Shown piece after piece: positions 23,177-35,275 of a DNA stretch of 64,000 bases. Positions within the stretch are counted from its first letter, which is position 1. The number at the start of each line of letters is the position of its first letter. Below the pieces are notes generated by a model. It made no database searches. It was not told where the DNA came from and saw nothing but the letters and a program-made list of their open reading frames with translations. Source of the DNA: an uncultured delta proteobacterium (GTDB taxonomy: Bacteria; Desulfobacterota; Desulfomonilia; UBA1062); the NCBI GenBank assembly GCA_963785235.1, contig CAWAUM010000003.1:1-64000 (forward strand). Reading direction: 5' to 3'. The translations under genes and the position numbers were made by a program.

Positions 23177-24428
23177 CTAGCTTTGCTCTTGGGTCTGCGA
23201 TATCTCTTTCTGGGCCTCTTTTTCTGGATTTTTGGCCATGCTGCTCAAGGGAAATTTCTCATTAAAGGCAGAAGCAAAGGCATTTTCATCATGAACGACC
23301 CGGCCTAGCGTAATAAGGCCAAACATCTCATCCGCATCTTTATAACTGGCCTTCTTCGCCAGGGACCATCTCATTCTTCCTGTCTGCAGTGCAGACATCA
23401 TCCGTTCCAGGATCTCCAGGGCATGGACCATATTCGCCCTCAAGGCCTTTGGAATGATCACAAGCACGTGTGAACCGGCATATTCATCGGTAAGCAGCTT
23501 CATCTTGTCTCTATGAATATGTCCTTTTTCATAAATAATCCGGCAGGCCCAGGGCCACAAGAACAGACCATAAGACACAACCTGTGATGGAGGTTCGCCT
23601 CTCCTGATCGCCCCATCCAGAATGTCCAGCAGCCTCAGAAACTCATCCCTTACTTCATGAAATTCTTCAATAATTTTTCCCACATTACCCAAGGATAATG
23701 GAAAGCAAGTTGCATGCTGCCATCTTGCGAAAGAATTCTCCGGCAAACCCGGATGTAAGATCCTTATTCAACTCTTCATACAACCTGGATCCGGAGCTCA
23801 CAGCCAGTAGATCCCGATTCACCTCAATGGCTTTGGCTGTTTCATGCTCAATAGAAAAACCTTGGCGGGAGGCATACCTGAGGACCCTCCACATCCTCAC
23901 CGGATCTTCTTTATATCGCACAGCCGGGTCACCTATAATGCAGATCCTTTTCTGCTTAATATCTTCAAGACCGCCTACATAATCAATGATTGAGAAGGTG
24001 TTGATGTCATAGAATAAAGCATTGATGGTAATATCTCTCCGGAAGGCGTCTTCCTGGGGTGTACCGAATGTGTTGTTGTGATCAGGCTCAGTCTCCTGTA
24101 TTGCCTCCGGTTCTTTCCTGAAGGTGGCCACTTCGATTATTTTGTTACCCTTGAAACGGATGTGGGCCAGACGGAAGCGTCTACCAATGAGAAAGCAGTT
24201 GGCAAAAAGCTTTTTGATCTGGCCTGGCCTGGCATCGGTTGCAATATCAAAATCTTTGGGTTTTTTACCAAGGAGGAGATCACGGACTGCACCGCCTACC
24301 ATAAATGCCTTGAACCCGTTGCGGGAAAGCCTGTAAAGCACCTTCAATGCATCAGGATCGATCTCTCTGCGGGATATTGGGTGAGAGGCCCTGGGTAGGG
24401 TGAATGGATCTCTACTCTGGCTCTTCAT
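23177..24428 (-). CDS. pcnB: Poly(A) polymerase I (frameshift near 23690)
   Basis: VGGAVRDLLLG..PKDFDIAT, LIGRRFRLAHIRF (PAP signature), EVATFR, RRDITINALFY, EDPVRM.R. Confidence 0.92.
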
Positions 24429-24633
24429 TGTTGTTGTCTTCGTCCGGCCTTCCCTCTATGCGGTATGATTCTCTTGCCCAGCCGATAAGATCAAGTCCCT
24501 TACAGCCTCTGGAACAAAACGGCCTGTAAGGGTTCCCATCAAAGGGTACTTCCTGTTTACAGGCAGGGCATCTGACCATCCTTTTCTCAAGCTTATTCTC
24601 ATTTTCTTTACCTACATAGTTCTCATACTTCAT
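24412..24633 (-). CDS. yacG: DNA gyrase inhibitor YacG (start may be 24579)
   Basis: CPAC...YRPFCSRGCK.LDL..WA.E.YRI zinc motif. Confidence 0.9.
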   Translation of the reverse strand: MKYENYVGKENENKLEKRMVRCPACKQEVPFDGNPYRPFCSRGCKGLDLIGWARESYRIEGRPDEDNNNEEPE

Positions 24634-24918
24634 TTTCATTTCTGCCTGACCCATCTCATTGATGTCCCCATAGATGGAAATAACTTCAAGAGCAAACCCT
24701 GAAGCGCGCTGGACCATTCTAATGCTGATCTGTCTATCCTGAAGATGCACTCAGGTCAAGATTACCTTTTAAAGTAACTTATTTTGATTATTATATTTTA
24801 CAATGAGGCTCCCTACCCATTGTGGAAATCATCAACAGGTTTTTCTTTTAATAATTTCTATTGACTAAATCAATAAAAGAATGATTTGGTAATTACAAGT
24901 AAAACAACAGAAGATACA

Positions 24919-25566
24919 ATGCTGAAAAAGATTAGAAGAAAACGTCAGATTTTCCGCAACAGAACCGTCATACTGCGGTCTGCCCGAGAGCTCTTCCATA
25001 AAAAGGGTTTTTATGGAACCACTATGGAAGATATCGCCCAACACTCGGGATTTGACAGAAGGACCATTTATAATCACTTTAAAAATAAGGAAGATGTCTT
25101 TGCTGCCTTGATATCCAGCATCCTGACGGATATTGATGCTGTCTTTAAAAATATATCTGATGAGAAAGGCTCTCCGCTGGATAAACTCAGGGAGCTTGTC
25201 TTAAGCCTTCTGGATTTGTATATAGATAATTCCCAGCTTTTAAACATCTTCATGTCAGAATATGAAACAAACGAAATCAAGAAAAGGCAACACCTCTCTG
25301 CGTATACCCTCAAAAACATCAGTGCCTATAAAAAAATCGAGGCACGACTCGTTGCCATGATTAGAGATGCCCAGGAAGTTAACCTGGTGGTAAATGTTCA
25401 TCCTTATATACTCGCAGGCATGCTTAACGAGCTGATATTAAGGAGTGTCATTGTACTGCATAACCAGAAAAACGCCATACACAAAAAAGATATCATCCAC
25501 GATATCTTTGAGCTCCTTGGCAAGAACGTCATGAAGGCGCCAAATATATCCTCTAGCAATGAATAG
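24919..25566 (+). CDS. TetR/AcrR family regulator
   Basis: ARELF..KGFYGTTMEDIA...G..R.TIYNHF.NKEDVF HTH. Confidence 0.92.
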   Translation: MLKKIRRKRQIFRNRTVILRSARELFHKKGFYGTTMEDIAQHSGFDRRTIYNHFKNKEDVFAALISSILTDIDAVFKNISDEKGSPLDKLRELVLSLLDLYIDNSQLLNIFMSEYETNEIKKRQHLSAYTLKNISAYKKIEARLVAMIRDAQEVNLVVNVHPYILAGMLNELILRSVIVLHNQKNAIHKKDIIHDIFELLGKNVMKAPNISSSNE

Positions 25567-25612
25567 ACCTTCTTCTTGATTCCTAACTCGAATAACTAAG
25601 ACACGGATTTTG

Positions 25613-25646
25613 AAAAAAAGAGGGGTGAGTTAAAAACTCACCCCTC
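25613..25646 (-). terminator. Rho-independent terminator of groESL
   Basis: GAGGGGTGAGTT-N3-AACTCACCCCTC stem followed by a T-tract on the minus strand. Confidence 0.85.
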
Positions 25647-25674
25647 CTGAGTTTGCTACGTATAAGCCTTTTGG

Positions 25675-27327
25675 TTACATCATGCCGCCCATACCGCCCA
25701 TGCCGCCCATGCCGCCCATATCGGGCATGCCGGGTGCACCTGATCCCTTTTCATCAGGGATCTCGGCAATCATGACCTCGGTGGTAAGCAGCAACCCTGC
25801 AACTGAAGCTGCGTTCTGCAGGGCCGAACGTGCTACCTTGGTGGGGTCGATGATGCCGGCCTTCACCATGTCTTCATATTCCTCGGTCTCGGCATTGAAT
25901 CCGACATTGCCTTTGAGACCCTTCACCTTTTCCACCACAATGCCGCCTTCCATGCCTGCGTTCACTGCGATCTGGCGAAGAGGCTCTTCAAGGGCCTTCT
26001 GAATGATCTTTACACCGAACTGCTGTTCGCCGGGCAGATCAAGCTTGTTGAGCTTATCGATGCAGCGCAGCAGCGCAACGCCGCCGCCTGCGATAAAGCC
26101 CTCTTCCACTGCCGCGCGTGTGGCATGGAGTGCGTCTTCTACCCTGGCCTTCTTCTCTTTCATCTCAGGCTCGGTAGCAGCTCCCACCTTGATAACGGCA
26201 ACACCGCCGGCAAGCTTGGCAAGCCTCTCCTGAAGTTTCTCGCGGTCATAATCAGATGACGTTTCTTCGATCTGGGCCTTGATCTGGCTGATCCTGGCCT
26301 GGATCTGGGCCTTTTTGCCTGCACCCTCAACGATGGTGGAGTTATCTTTGTCGATAATGATCTTCTTGGCAGTGCCCAGGTCGGTCATGGTCACTGACTC
26401 GAGCTTTCTGCCGAGATCTTCGGACACGAGCTCACCGCCGGTAAGAATAGCGATATCTTCCAGCATGGCCTTGCGCCGGTCTCCGAAGCCTGGAGCCTTG
26501 ACTGCTGCGCACTTGAGCGTGCCCCTGAGCTTGTTCACCACAAGTGTGGCAAGCGCCTCGCCTTCGATGTCCTCAGAAATGATAAGAAGGGGCTTACCCT
26601 TCTTGGCGATCTGCTCCAGCACAGGGATAATATCCCTCATATTGCTGATCTTCTTATCATAGATAAGTATTAACGGGGCCTCCAGCACTACTTCCATACG
26701 CTCAGCATCGGTAACGAAGTATGGAGAGAGGTAACCCCTGTCGAACTGCATGCCTTCCACCAGGTCAAGGGTGGTGTCCATGCTTTTGGCCTCTTCCACG
26801 GTGATGACGCCTTCTTTGCCGACCTTGTCCATGGCATCGGCAATCAGGGCGCCAACTTCATTGTCGCCATTGGCCGAGATGGTTCCGACCTGCTCGATCT
26901 CTTTCTTGTCCTCAACCTTTCTGCTCATCTTCTTGAGTTCTTCAACAATCGCTGAGGTTGCCTTGTCGATGCCGCGCTTAAGATCCATGGCGTTCATGCC
27001 GCCTGCCAGATACTTCAGGCCTTCTGTATAGATGGCCTGGGCCAGGACGGTAGCCGTAGTGGTTCCATCGCCTGCTACATCGGAGGTCTTGGAGGCCACT
27101 TCCTTGACCATCTGAGCACCCATATTCTCAAACTTATCCTTAAGTTCGATCTCCTTGGCCACACTCACGCCGTCTTTTGTCACAAGCGGTGCCCCATAGG
27201 CCTTATCAAGGATAGCATTGCGGCCCTTGGGACCGAGAGTAGCCTTGACTGCATTGGCGAGCTTGTTCACGCCGCTGATAATTTTATTCCGTGCTTCCTG
27301 ACTGTAGAGTATCTCTTTGCCTGCCAT
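25675..27327 (-). CDS. groL: Chaperonin GroEL
   Basis: [28 protein letters not shown] tail. Confidence 0.99.
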   Translation of the reverse strand: MAGKEILYSQEARNKIISGVNKLANAVKATLGPKGRNAILDKAYGAPLVTKDGVSVAKEIELKDKFENMGAQMVKEVASKTSDVAGDGTTTATVLAQAIYTEGLKYLAGGMNAMDLKRGIDKATSAIVEELKKMSRKVEDKKEIEQVGTISANGDNEVGALIADAMDKVGKEGVITVEEAKSMDTTLDLVEGMQFDRGYLSPYFVTDAERMEVVLEAPLILIYDKKISNMRDIIPVLEQIAKKGKPLLIISEDIEGEALATLVVNKLRGTLKCAAVKAPGFGDRRKAMLEDIAILTGGELVSEDLGRKLESVTMTDLGTAKKIIIDKDNSTIVEGAGKKAQIQARISQIKAQIEETSSDYDREKLQERLAKLAGGVAVIKVGAATEPEMKEKKARVEDALHATRAAVEEGFIAGGGVALLRCIDKLNKLDLPGEQQFGVKIIQKALEEPLRQIAVNAGMEGGIVVEKVKGLKGNVGFNAETEEYEDMVKAGIIDPTKVARSALQNAASVAGLLLTTEVMIAEIPDEKGSGAPGMPDMGGMGGMGGMGGMM

Positions 27328-27344
27328 TTCTTCTTCCTCCTTGC

Positions 27345-27632
27345 CTACTGGATAATCCCGAGGATGTCTTCCTCTCTCATGATGAGCAGCTCCTCACCCT
27401 CGATCTTGATCTCGTTCCCTGCGTACTTAGAGAAGAGCACCCTGTCACCCTTTTTCACATCGAGAGGGATGACTTTCCCATCCTCGGTCTTCTTGCCGCC
27501 ACCAGCGGAGATGACCTCTCCCATCTGGGGTTTTTCTTTTGCCGTATCAGGGATGATAATTCCCCCTTTGGTCTTCTGTTCCTCTTCGATCCTCTTGACG
27601 AGAACCCTGTCGTGTAATGGCTTAATCTTCAT
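27345..27632 (-). CDS. groS: Co-chaperonin GroES
   Basis: [23 protein letters not shown]. Confidence 0.99.
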   Translation of the reverse strand: MKIKPLHDRVLVKRIEEEQKTKGGIIIPDTAKEKPQMGEVISAGGGKKTEDGKVIPLDVKKGDRVLFSKYAGNEIKIEGEELLIMREEDILGIIQ

Positions 27633-27655
27633 TCCTTTCCTCCAAGGTCTGATTG

Positions 27656-27682
27656 TTAGCACTCACTATAAATGAGTGCTAA
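27656..27682. promoter_or_regulatory. CIRCE element (HrcA operator)
   Basis: Perfect TTAGCACTC-N9-GAGTGCTAA just upstream of groES. Confidence 0.98.
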
Positions 27683-27989
27683 TCTCGTAGCAAGGATTAT
27701 AGGTAAGTTCAAGGCTTAAATTTACTTTATTCTATAAGCCATTCATGATTTGTGGATACTATACAGGAAATTAATCCATATCCTAAAGATATCAGTTAAT
27801 TATTAATTCTTTCCCTTAATTTCTTATTCTCTGATCTTGGAGAGGATTAATTCCATCAAGCCCGCAGTCCTTTACCCCTATTGAGAATACCCTAAAACTG
27901 ACCATGAAGTGGAAAGCATGCACTCATTGATCATATGAATCATATGTGTTATTCCCTCGAAAAGTATTGAAATGAATTAGCCGCTCCTT

Positions 27990-30900
27990 ATGAATATGGA
28001 GGTGAACGTGAGCTTTCTTGGTATTGATGTGGGGAGTTCCTACATTAAACTATGGCACGAGGATATCACCGGTTCTGTCGTTACTGCGCGAAACATCCAC
28101 CACAAGGGATCACCCCAGAGTGTTGTCATCAATGAGGTGACCTGCCTGAACCCTGAGCCTATGTTTCTGAGTTTCTCAGGCAACCTGGCCGGACAGGATA
28201 TTCTGGGATGGCACTATGAAGGACTCCTGGCAGAGATAGATTACCTGAGGAAGGTTTATCCCTGCAGACAACTACTCATCTTCGGTGCGGAAAAGATTGA
28301 ACTCGTTAATTTTGACGAGAGCGGTCATATCCTATTTTATCAGACAAACCCTTCATGCGCCGCAGGAACAGGCTCATTCCTTGACGAACAGATGCTCAGG
28401 CTTGGCCTCGACTTCACTGATCTGCCTCATATCACTATTGACGAAAAGCACCGATGGTGGCCACAAGGTGTGCTGTTTTTGCGAAAACCGACATTATCCA
28501 TCTTCAGCAGGATGGGCATACTGCATATTCCATATACAACGGACTCTGCAAAGGCCTCGTGCTGAGCAGCCTTAAAAGCGTGTTCGGCGGCAATCTTCCC
28601 AATGGCGCCGACATCATTGCCACCGGTGGCTTACTGGAAAATCCTCATATCCGTCATTATCTCAAACAGATCTTTCCCTTGATACAGATCGCCCAAGATC
28701 CTGCGTTCACCAGGGCGCGCGGCTTAAGCCTTGCTGCACGGCTTCATGGACAAAACTTCAACGGCTTCATGACTATCCTCAAGGAGCACACCCCGATCAA
28801 GGCCCGTTCTTCCGCTCTTCGGCCATTGAAACTCAAAAAGAGCACCTTCCCGGCTACAGAGATGAACCGCCGCACGGATAACTTCGGAAATGAGACCTGG
28901 CATGACCTGCTTGAAAACGAATCCTTAGAGTGCCTTTCTCGGGGTGGACATAGGGTCCACCTCAACAAAGGCAGTACTCATTGATACAAAAGGAACCATC
29001 AGATTGGATATCTATACCAAAACCTCAGGCAACCCCATTGAGGCAACAAAAAGGATTTTCCAGGGGATATTATCGGTTCAGAAAGACCTTCCATGCTCCC
29101 TTGCAATCAACGGCTGCGCAACCACCGGCTCGGGGAGGAAGCTCATAGGCACCATCATAGGCGCGGACCTCATTGTCAATGAGATCAGCGCCCATGCAAA
29201 GGGGGCCCTCACCCTCGACGAAAATGTCAGTACTATCTTCGAAATCGGCGGCCAGGACGCAAAATTTATCCGAATTGAAAACGGCCGCATTGTTGATGTT
29301 AACATGAATTATGTATGCGCTGCAGGCACCGGATCTTTCGTGGAGGAACAGGCCAGGACCCTGGACATGAGCCTCGATGAGATCAGCGCCAAGGTCATGG
29401 GGGTAACCCCCCTGCCCAATTCCGACCGCTGCACCGTATTCATGAACCAGGAGATCACCAGACAGATCTCATCAGGATACCCCAGGGACCAGATCATGGC
29501 AGGTGTTCTGGTGGCAGTGTTCAAGAACTATGTCAGCAAAGTCGTAGGCAACCGGAAATATAATAAAGACAGAATAGTCTTCCAGGGGGCAACTGCCCGC
29601 AACAGGGGCCTGGTGGCGGCACTGGAACAGATCACCAATGCACAGGTCATGGTCTCCCCCTTCTGCCATGTCATGGGCGCATACGGCGCAGCCCTGCTTA
29701 CCAAGGAAAAAGGCCTTGAAAAGACATCCTTCAGGGGTCTTGTTATCCCTGAAATCTCTGTAAAGGAAAAGATTTGCAAGGGGTGTGATAATACCTGCAG
29801 GATCACCATGGTCCAGGCCGGCACTGAAAAGACGAGCTGGGGATATATGTGCGGCCGGGAGCCTGGCGCACAGAGCGAAGAAAGGAAGATCAACCGGAGC
29901 GTTAAGACCAGGGATGACCTCCTTAAATGGCTATATAACTGCCCTGCAGAATGGAAAACATGTCTTTAAAATGCCAGCTCTGGGATTGTACGAGGAATTC
30001 CTTCCCCTTCTTACAGAGATAGCATCTGCCTGCGACCTCAGCATTGAGGTCTGCTATCCCGGTAAAAATGAAATTCAAAAAGAGCTTTCTGCAATCGGCT
30101 CAGGGGACTTCTGCTATCCCATCAAGGTTGCCATGGCCTGTGTTAATGTCATCCTCAAGGAGGATCCTTCAAGCAGGATTTTTCTTCCATTCCTTATACA
30201 GGACATCAAGGATGAGTCTATCCACCCACGCAGCCTCTACTGCCCCTTCATCACTACTGTGCCGAGCTTTTTCAAGGAAAAAAGCCTTTCTTCAAGAGTA
30301 TTCACCCCGGAAATCGACTTAAGCAAAAGCATTTCCTGGCAGGCACGACAGATAAGGGACTTCCTTAAACGCTCCGGAATTGATGGGGTAAGCCTGTTCA
30401 AGATCATAACCGGGCTCAAACGGGGTATGCAGAGGCTGGAACAACATCGCCGGGAACTGACATCAAAGGCAAGCTCGATCTTTGATGAGATCGGGGATGA
30501 GAAGGCAATCGTACTCCTGGGCAGACCTTATAATCTTTACCACAGGATACTCAATCTCGGTATACCAGAACTCATCGAGTCTTTAGGGTACCGGGTAATC
30601 ACCATGGATGCCATCCCGGATGACGTTACCAACAAGGATGTCACGGGCTTTTTCCCGGATATGTACTGGTACCAGGGACAGAGGTTGCTGAAGAAAGCAA
30701 TGAGTATCCGCAACAAGCCGAATCTCTTCCCGCTCATGATATCCAATTTCTCGTGCGGACCTGATTCGTTTATCCTCACCTATCTTGAAGAGATCTGCAG
30801 CGATAAGCCTTACCTCATCCTCGAACTGGATGAGCACGGCTCGGCAACAGGCTACCAGACGCGGATCGAGGCCTTCATCGACATGATCGAACAGCATAGC

Positions 30901-32244
30901 GGCGGCAGTATTCAAGCCCTGCATATCTCTAAGCCTGCAAAGATACGCTACAGTGTTGAAGATATCAGGCACAACACCAAGGTCTGGATCCCCCAGATCC
31001 ACCCGTACATACCCCAGTTGTGGTCTGCAGTGTTGAACCACTACGGCTATGAAACGACCGCCATGGGGGAGGAGACTGCTGCCGAATGCACGGCAGGCAG
31101 GGCTTTATGCCGCGGGAGCGAGTGCCTGCCGGCAGCGGTTACCACCGGTAAGTTTCTCTCTGCAATCAAAGACAGCCCTGCAGACTGCCACCAATCCCTC
31201 TTCATGCCTCGGGCCGAAGGCCCCTGCAGGTTTGGTCAGTATGCAACACTCCAATCCATGATCTTTGACCGGGCAGGGTATAAAAATGTTAGCATATTCT
31301 CACCCACTTCAGAGAACGGGTATGCCTTCCTTACTCCAAGGATGGAGATGGATGTCTGGAAGGCCATCTGCCTGGGTGACGCCATGTTCAAACTGCGGTG
31401 CAGGGTATTGCCCTATCATAAGCACCCGGTCATGGCAGAGGCGCTCATCAAGGAAGTCCTTAATGAGATCTGTGGCCTGGTCCGGACAGGCAAAGACTGG
31501 AAGGTGGCCCTGTCATCTCTCATGAACACAATCAGCATTGATTCGGGTCTCGATCAGCCTTCAAAACCGCTCGTGGGAATTGTGGGCGAAATCTTTGTCC
31601 GCCTCAATAGCTTTTCCAATCAGCACATTGTAGAGACCATAGAGGCCAATGGTGGCGAGGTCTGGTTATCACCCTTTTCGGAATGGATTTATTATGTACT
31701 GGATATCCTTGCCATGAAATCAGGACCCGTTAAGAAACTTGGCACACACATTAAATATCATATCCTCCATAGAATTGAGAAGGACATCCTGTCCCTCTTC
31801 TCACCAGTGCTCGATCATAGACATGAGCCTTCCATGGCATCGGTCATGAGCAAGGCCAAGAGGTTTATCCCCCCAACCTTCGAGGGAGAGGCTATCCTCA
31901 CCATAGGCAGGGCCAAATTGTTTGCTGAACAGGGGGCAAGCCTTGTAGTGAACTGCTCACCCTTCAGTTGTATGCCAGGAAGGGTAACCTCGCACCTGTT
32001 CCAGACCTACCAGGATTATTTCCAGGTACCTGTGGTAAACCTATTCTTCGATGGCACAGGCGATGTTTCAAAACAGGTGGGGATCTATCTGAAATCCATA
32101 ACCCAGGCCTATACAGAAAAGCGAATTATGCCCTCAGCAAGCTTCCAAATACCAGGGAAAAAGACTGCAGCCACTCCGTGGGCAAAGGGTATGAATGACT
32201 CACTACAGAAAAAAAAGTTTGATGATGAATACCAGAGCAAGTAG
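27990..32244 (+). CDS. Large acyl-CoA dehydratase activase-like protein (two BadF/BadG/BcrA/BcrD ATPase modules plus DUF2229-like modules), split by about 3 indels
   Basis: LGIDVGSS and DIGSTSTK, two CAAGTGSF motifs, EIGGQD.K, RC.VF, CYPIK, NFSCGPD, DEH, ECLP, GPCRFGQY, VGEIF.R, PFSCMP. Confidence 0.88.
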
Positions 32245-32310
32245 AGATTATTTTGACCACTACTACTATGATCCGAATCGATTCTTCACAATGATCTTGA
32301 GATTTTCAAC

Positions 32311-32769
32311 TCAATCATCAAAAACAACAACATCAAGAGAATCAACCCCTTGATTTCCCTTCTTATCCGTTACCGTGAATTCTACAGTGTAAATAAATCC
32401 ATAATTAGAACCAGTCACGTTTATAAATTCAATATTCCCGGGGTCTTTAACGTCAACATCCGGTCTAACATCATCAAAATTCCAATTATAGGTATAAGGT
32501 GGGTAACCCCCTGATACATCTCCTTTAAAATTTATAAACTCTCCCCTATTTATTATTATCGATGCCAAGGGTTCCCCATTGGTTCCTGTTGAATAAATAA
32601 TATCTTCAGTGATTATTTTGACCTCTAAAGATTCTGCGGGTATCTCTTCACTGCCTTCTGGACTTACTTTATGCTTACCGGTTTTATGTCCGCCACAGGC
32701 GACTAGGAGCATGACGATTAATAAAACAAGTGCTAATCTAAAGGCCCTTAAGAATTGGGCTGTCCTCAT
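32311..32769 (-). CDS. Lipoprotein with PKD-like domain
   Basis: Lipobox LVAC; SGGYPPYTYNWNFDD...YTVEFTVTDKKG PKD pattern. Confidence 0.75.
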   Translation of the reverse strand: MRTAQFLRAFRLALVLLIVMLLVACGGHKTGKHKVSPEGSEEIPAESLEVKIITEDIIYSTGTNGEPLASIIINRGEFINFKGDVSGGYPPYTYNWNFDDVRPDVDVKDPGNIEFINVTGSNYGFIYTVEFTVTDKKGNQGVDSLDVVVFDD

Positions 32770-32883
32770 AGATAATCCCCCCTAATTATATAAATCTTCA
32801 GCGATGCATCTTTCTATGTTGTTATAGGATCCTCATCAACCCAGATGTATATGAAGCAAGAAAGAGTAACCCTTACAATGTTA

Positions 32884-32929
32884 TGCAACGTCAGTGCCAC
32901 GGATCATCTAATGAGTTATCAACCAATTA
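32884..32929 (-). promoter_or_regulatory. sigma54 promoter with upstream IHF site
   Basis: Minus strand TGGCACTGACGTTGCA (32884-32899); TATCAACCAATTA (32917-32929) matches IHF WATCAA-N4-TTR. Confidence 0.7.
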
Positions 32930-33126
32930 GCAAGATCGACCTATATAACACTCCGTAATTATGTGTAAATCTATGCCACTTAAATGAAATTAATTTCTAT
33001 TTATCTAGACTGATAAACGATTATGAGGGCGTAATAAGCAGTACCGATACAACGCCAGCCATACTATTCACTTCGATCAAGCAAAGACAGGCACAGGGCC
33101 TGTCCCTATTTTATTTTTTTATCTAA

Positions 33127-33203
33127 TGGTCGGGAAGCGGGGATTTGAACCCCGGACCCCAGCGTCCCGAACGCTGTGCTCTACCAGGCTGAGCCACTTC
33201 CCG
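33127..33203 (-). tRNA. tRNA-Pro(CGG)
   Basis: Reverse complement CGGGAAGTGGCTCAGCCTGGTAGAGCACAGCGTTCGGGACGCTGGGGTCCGGGGTTCAAATCCCCGCTTCCCGACCA; 77 nt. Confidence 0.97.
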
Positions 33204-33259
33204 AAACCAAGGTCTATCTATAGAAAAGAATCACTTTCGAAGTCAAGCACGTTTGCTCT

Positions 33260-34030
33260 TTATCGTCTCTTGTTTTCATAGGTGATGAAGTCCTCGCGCA
33301 TCACCCGATGATCCATCCGGCTCTTTACATTCAGTGGATATTCTCCATAATTGAAGGCTAATAGATCCTTGCCAAGTCTCTGCAACGGTATGGCAAACTC
33401 CAGCTTGAAAAAGAGCTCACTCTTGTCGCGGCCTGCCTGCAGTGCATCGTTCCTGCCGCCGATACTTATAAATAAAGGCTTTATAGGTTGTACCTGGAGC
33501 ATCATGGACATGCCGACCATATCCTCCCTGTCCCTGCCTGCAAAATAATAAAAACCAGGCCATACAGAGACAAAGGGGGCATTCGGTACAGGGATGCCGA
33601 AGGTAAGATCAATACCCGGCAGCGCCTCTTCGCCTTTATGTTCTTCCGAAACAGGCAGGTAGAGGTTCATGTGTCCGGAAAAGTTTGAATGGTACACCTC
33701 AAGACCGGTACCGAATCTCTTATGGTAATTGCTTGTGGTATAATCATAGAAAAGGTTGCAACCCCCAACCACTAGTCCATTCAGCATTAGCTGCCTGCCT
33801 CCAACCCCGATATCAAAGCCGGGTTCTCCCCCCCTTAAGGTGAGCATGGGCTGTGAGAACAAGGACATGGAATCGAGCTGTGCAAGCCACACAAATCCAT
33901 CAGCGTAATAACAGGGATTCGACTGGTTGGATACCTTCAAGCCACCCCCAGTCCAAATAAGATCAGGCTCGATGGCATAGAGCATGGACCCGGTCAGGCA
34001 AAATATAATAGCAAAAATCAGTTTCTTCAT
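33260..34030 (-). CDS. Inverse autotransporter (intimin/invasin-type) beta-barrel protein without passenger
   Basis: Signal peptide; G.G.R, G.NLFYDY, R.G.G.E, N.YLP, G.D and RV.R barrel motifs. Confidence 0.7.
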   Translation of the reverse strand: MKKLIFAIIFCLTGSMLYAIEPDLIWTGGGLKVSNQSNPCYYADGFVWLAQLDSMSLFSQPMLTLRGGEPGFDIGVGGRQLMLNGLVVGGCNLFYDYTTSNYHKRFGTGLEVYHSNFSGHMNLYLPVSEEHKGEEALPGIDLTFGIPVPNAPFVSVWPGFYYFAGRDREDMVGMSMMLQVQPIKPLFISIGGRNDALQAGRDKSELFFKLEFAIPLQRLGKDLLAFNYGEYPLNVKSRMDHRVMREDFITYENKRR

Positions 34031-34091
34031 CTTAACACCTCCTCATTCAATTCTTGGTTGCTCAAAACGCTTCAAACACATTACGCATCAA

Positions 34092-35105
34092 CTACCCCCA
34101 CATTGGTATAATACCGGCACAAATATCCTCCGGTTTCAAAATGGTCAAGGTCTCACTATGGAGCATGCCCATATAATTAATCTGGCTCGTATCGAATGGC
34201 GGTATACTTACCCTCGGGCATATCCTGATATGAGGTGTGAACAGGTTATTGTCCTTAAGAAAGTATATTGACATGTTCAGGCTGCCTATGTTGAGAGAAT
34301 CAATATACCTCATCACATTCAAGATACCACTCACCAGCTCTTGAAGGAGCTCTCCGTGAATTTCTTCCGGTGATTTTACGCCAGCTAGAACCCCGATAAT
34401 ATCAAAAATCCCCATGGGAGCAAAGGCCACAGTCCATGAGATGTCCTTTGTATAGGCAATCATCCGCTCCCCCCTCTTCTTTTCCTCCTCGACGAAATCG
34501 GGCCAATAATTGCGCCCATGCATTTCCTTATACTGAGAAAGGCCGTAAACCGCAGAGGTATAATAGTTGGTGGGGGAACTCGTTGCAGCAATCTGGAGGT
34601 GGGGATGGATAATGGAGCCTCCAGCCAGAGGCATATAATTCCAATTCACCGACTGGTATATCATATCGGGCTGCTTCGAGCTCACATCTAAGAGATATTG
34701 AAAGCAGCACTCGAATGCATCTGTCATGATCTTGGATGTAAATCCCTCCAGCCCAATGTAATGTTCCCGGGTCATTATGGTGACTGCCCCGTTCTCGTCA
34801 TAAGGGAAGGCATTGGGAACGCACAATGCATTCCCACGTGAATACCTCTCCTGGCTTGCCAGATCCGGGTGAAATTTTGGTGTTACCTGCTCCATAATCT
34901 CCGGACAAAACGGGCAGAACTGCCTGGAGTTCTCTATAAGGGCTGAGAGATCTGCCTTTTTGATTTCCCTTATGGGAAAATCCAGGATACGACTTGAATG
35001 GCCGGTAAGCGGATCGTATCTTACCTCGAAATATCGTTTGACCTCCGCATATCCCTGAGAGGGGTCTAGAAATCGTGATGTTTTTAATACTTTAACAAAT
35101 TCCAT
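34092..35105 (-). CDS. Galactose-1-phosphate uridylyltransferase-like (HIT superfamily)
   Basis: EVRYDPLTG, CPFCP, PN.FPY, WNY...AGGSI.HPHLQ. Confidence 0.85.
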   Translation of the reverse strand: MEFVKVLKTSRFLDPSQGYAEVKRYFEVRYDPLTGHSSRILDFPIREIKKADLSALIENSRQFCPFCPEIMEQVTPKFHPDLASQERYSRGNALCVPNAFPYDENGAVTIMTREHYIGLEGFTSKIMTDAFECCFQYLLDVSSKQPDMIYQSVNWNYMPLAGGSIIHPHLQIAATSSPTNYYTSAVYGLSQYKEMHGRNYWPDFVEEEKKRGERMIAYTKDISWTVAFAPMGIFDIIGVLAGVKSPEEIHGELLQELVSGILNVMRYIDSLNIGSLNMSIYFLKDNNLFTPHIRICPRVSIPPFDTSQINYMGMLHSETLTILKPEDICAGIIPMWG

Positions 35106-35275
35106 TAGATATACTTCTACACTATGGCAGGCTGAGGGTCAAGGGCATTACCCCAGTATGCTTTAGGAGGGTTTATTATCTAAAAGGTGATGTTTCCTTG
35201 ATCAATAAATTTTGTCCCGGTATAATTCCTTGTTATTGGCGCAATAAAATCAAAGGAAGTGGTGGTAATGCTTTC

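Noticed and set aside
19894-24428. Programmed frameshifting or pseudogenes in tyrA and pcnB
   Set aside because: No slippery-site plus stimulator pattern was seen, and similar indels occur throughout the window.
25676-25730. Tandem 9-nt repeats (CATGCCGCC)
   Set aside because: They encode the normal GGM tail of GroEL; not a CRISPR or VNTR element.
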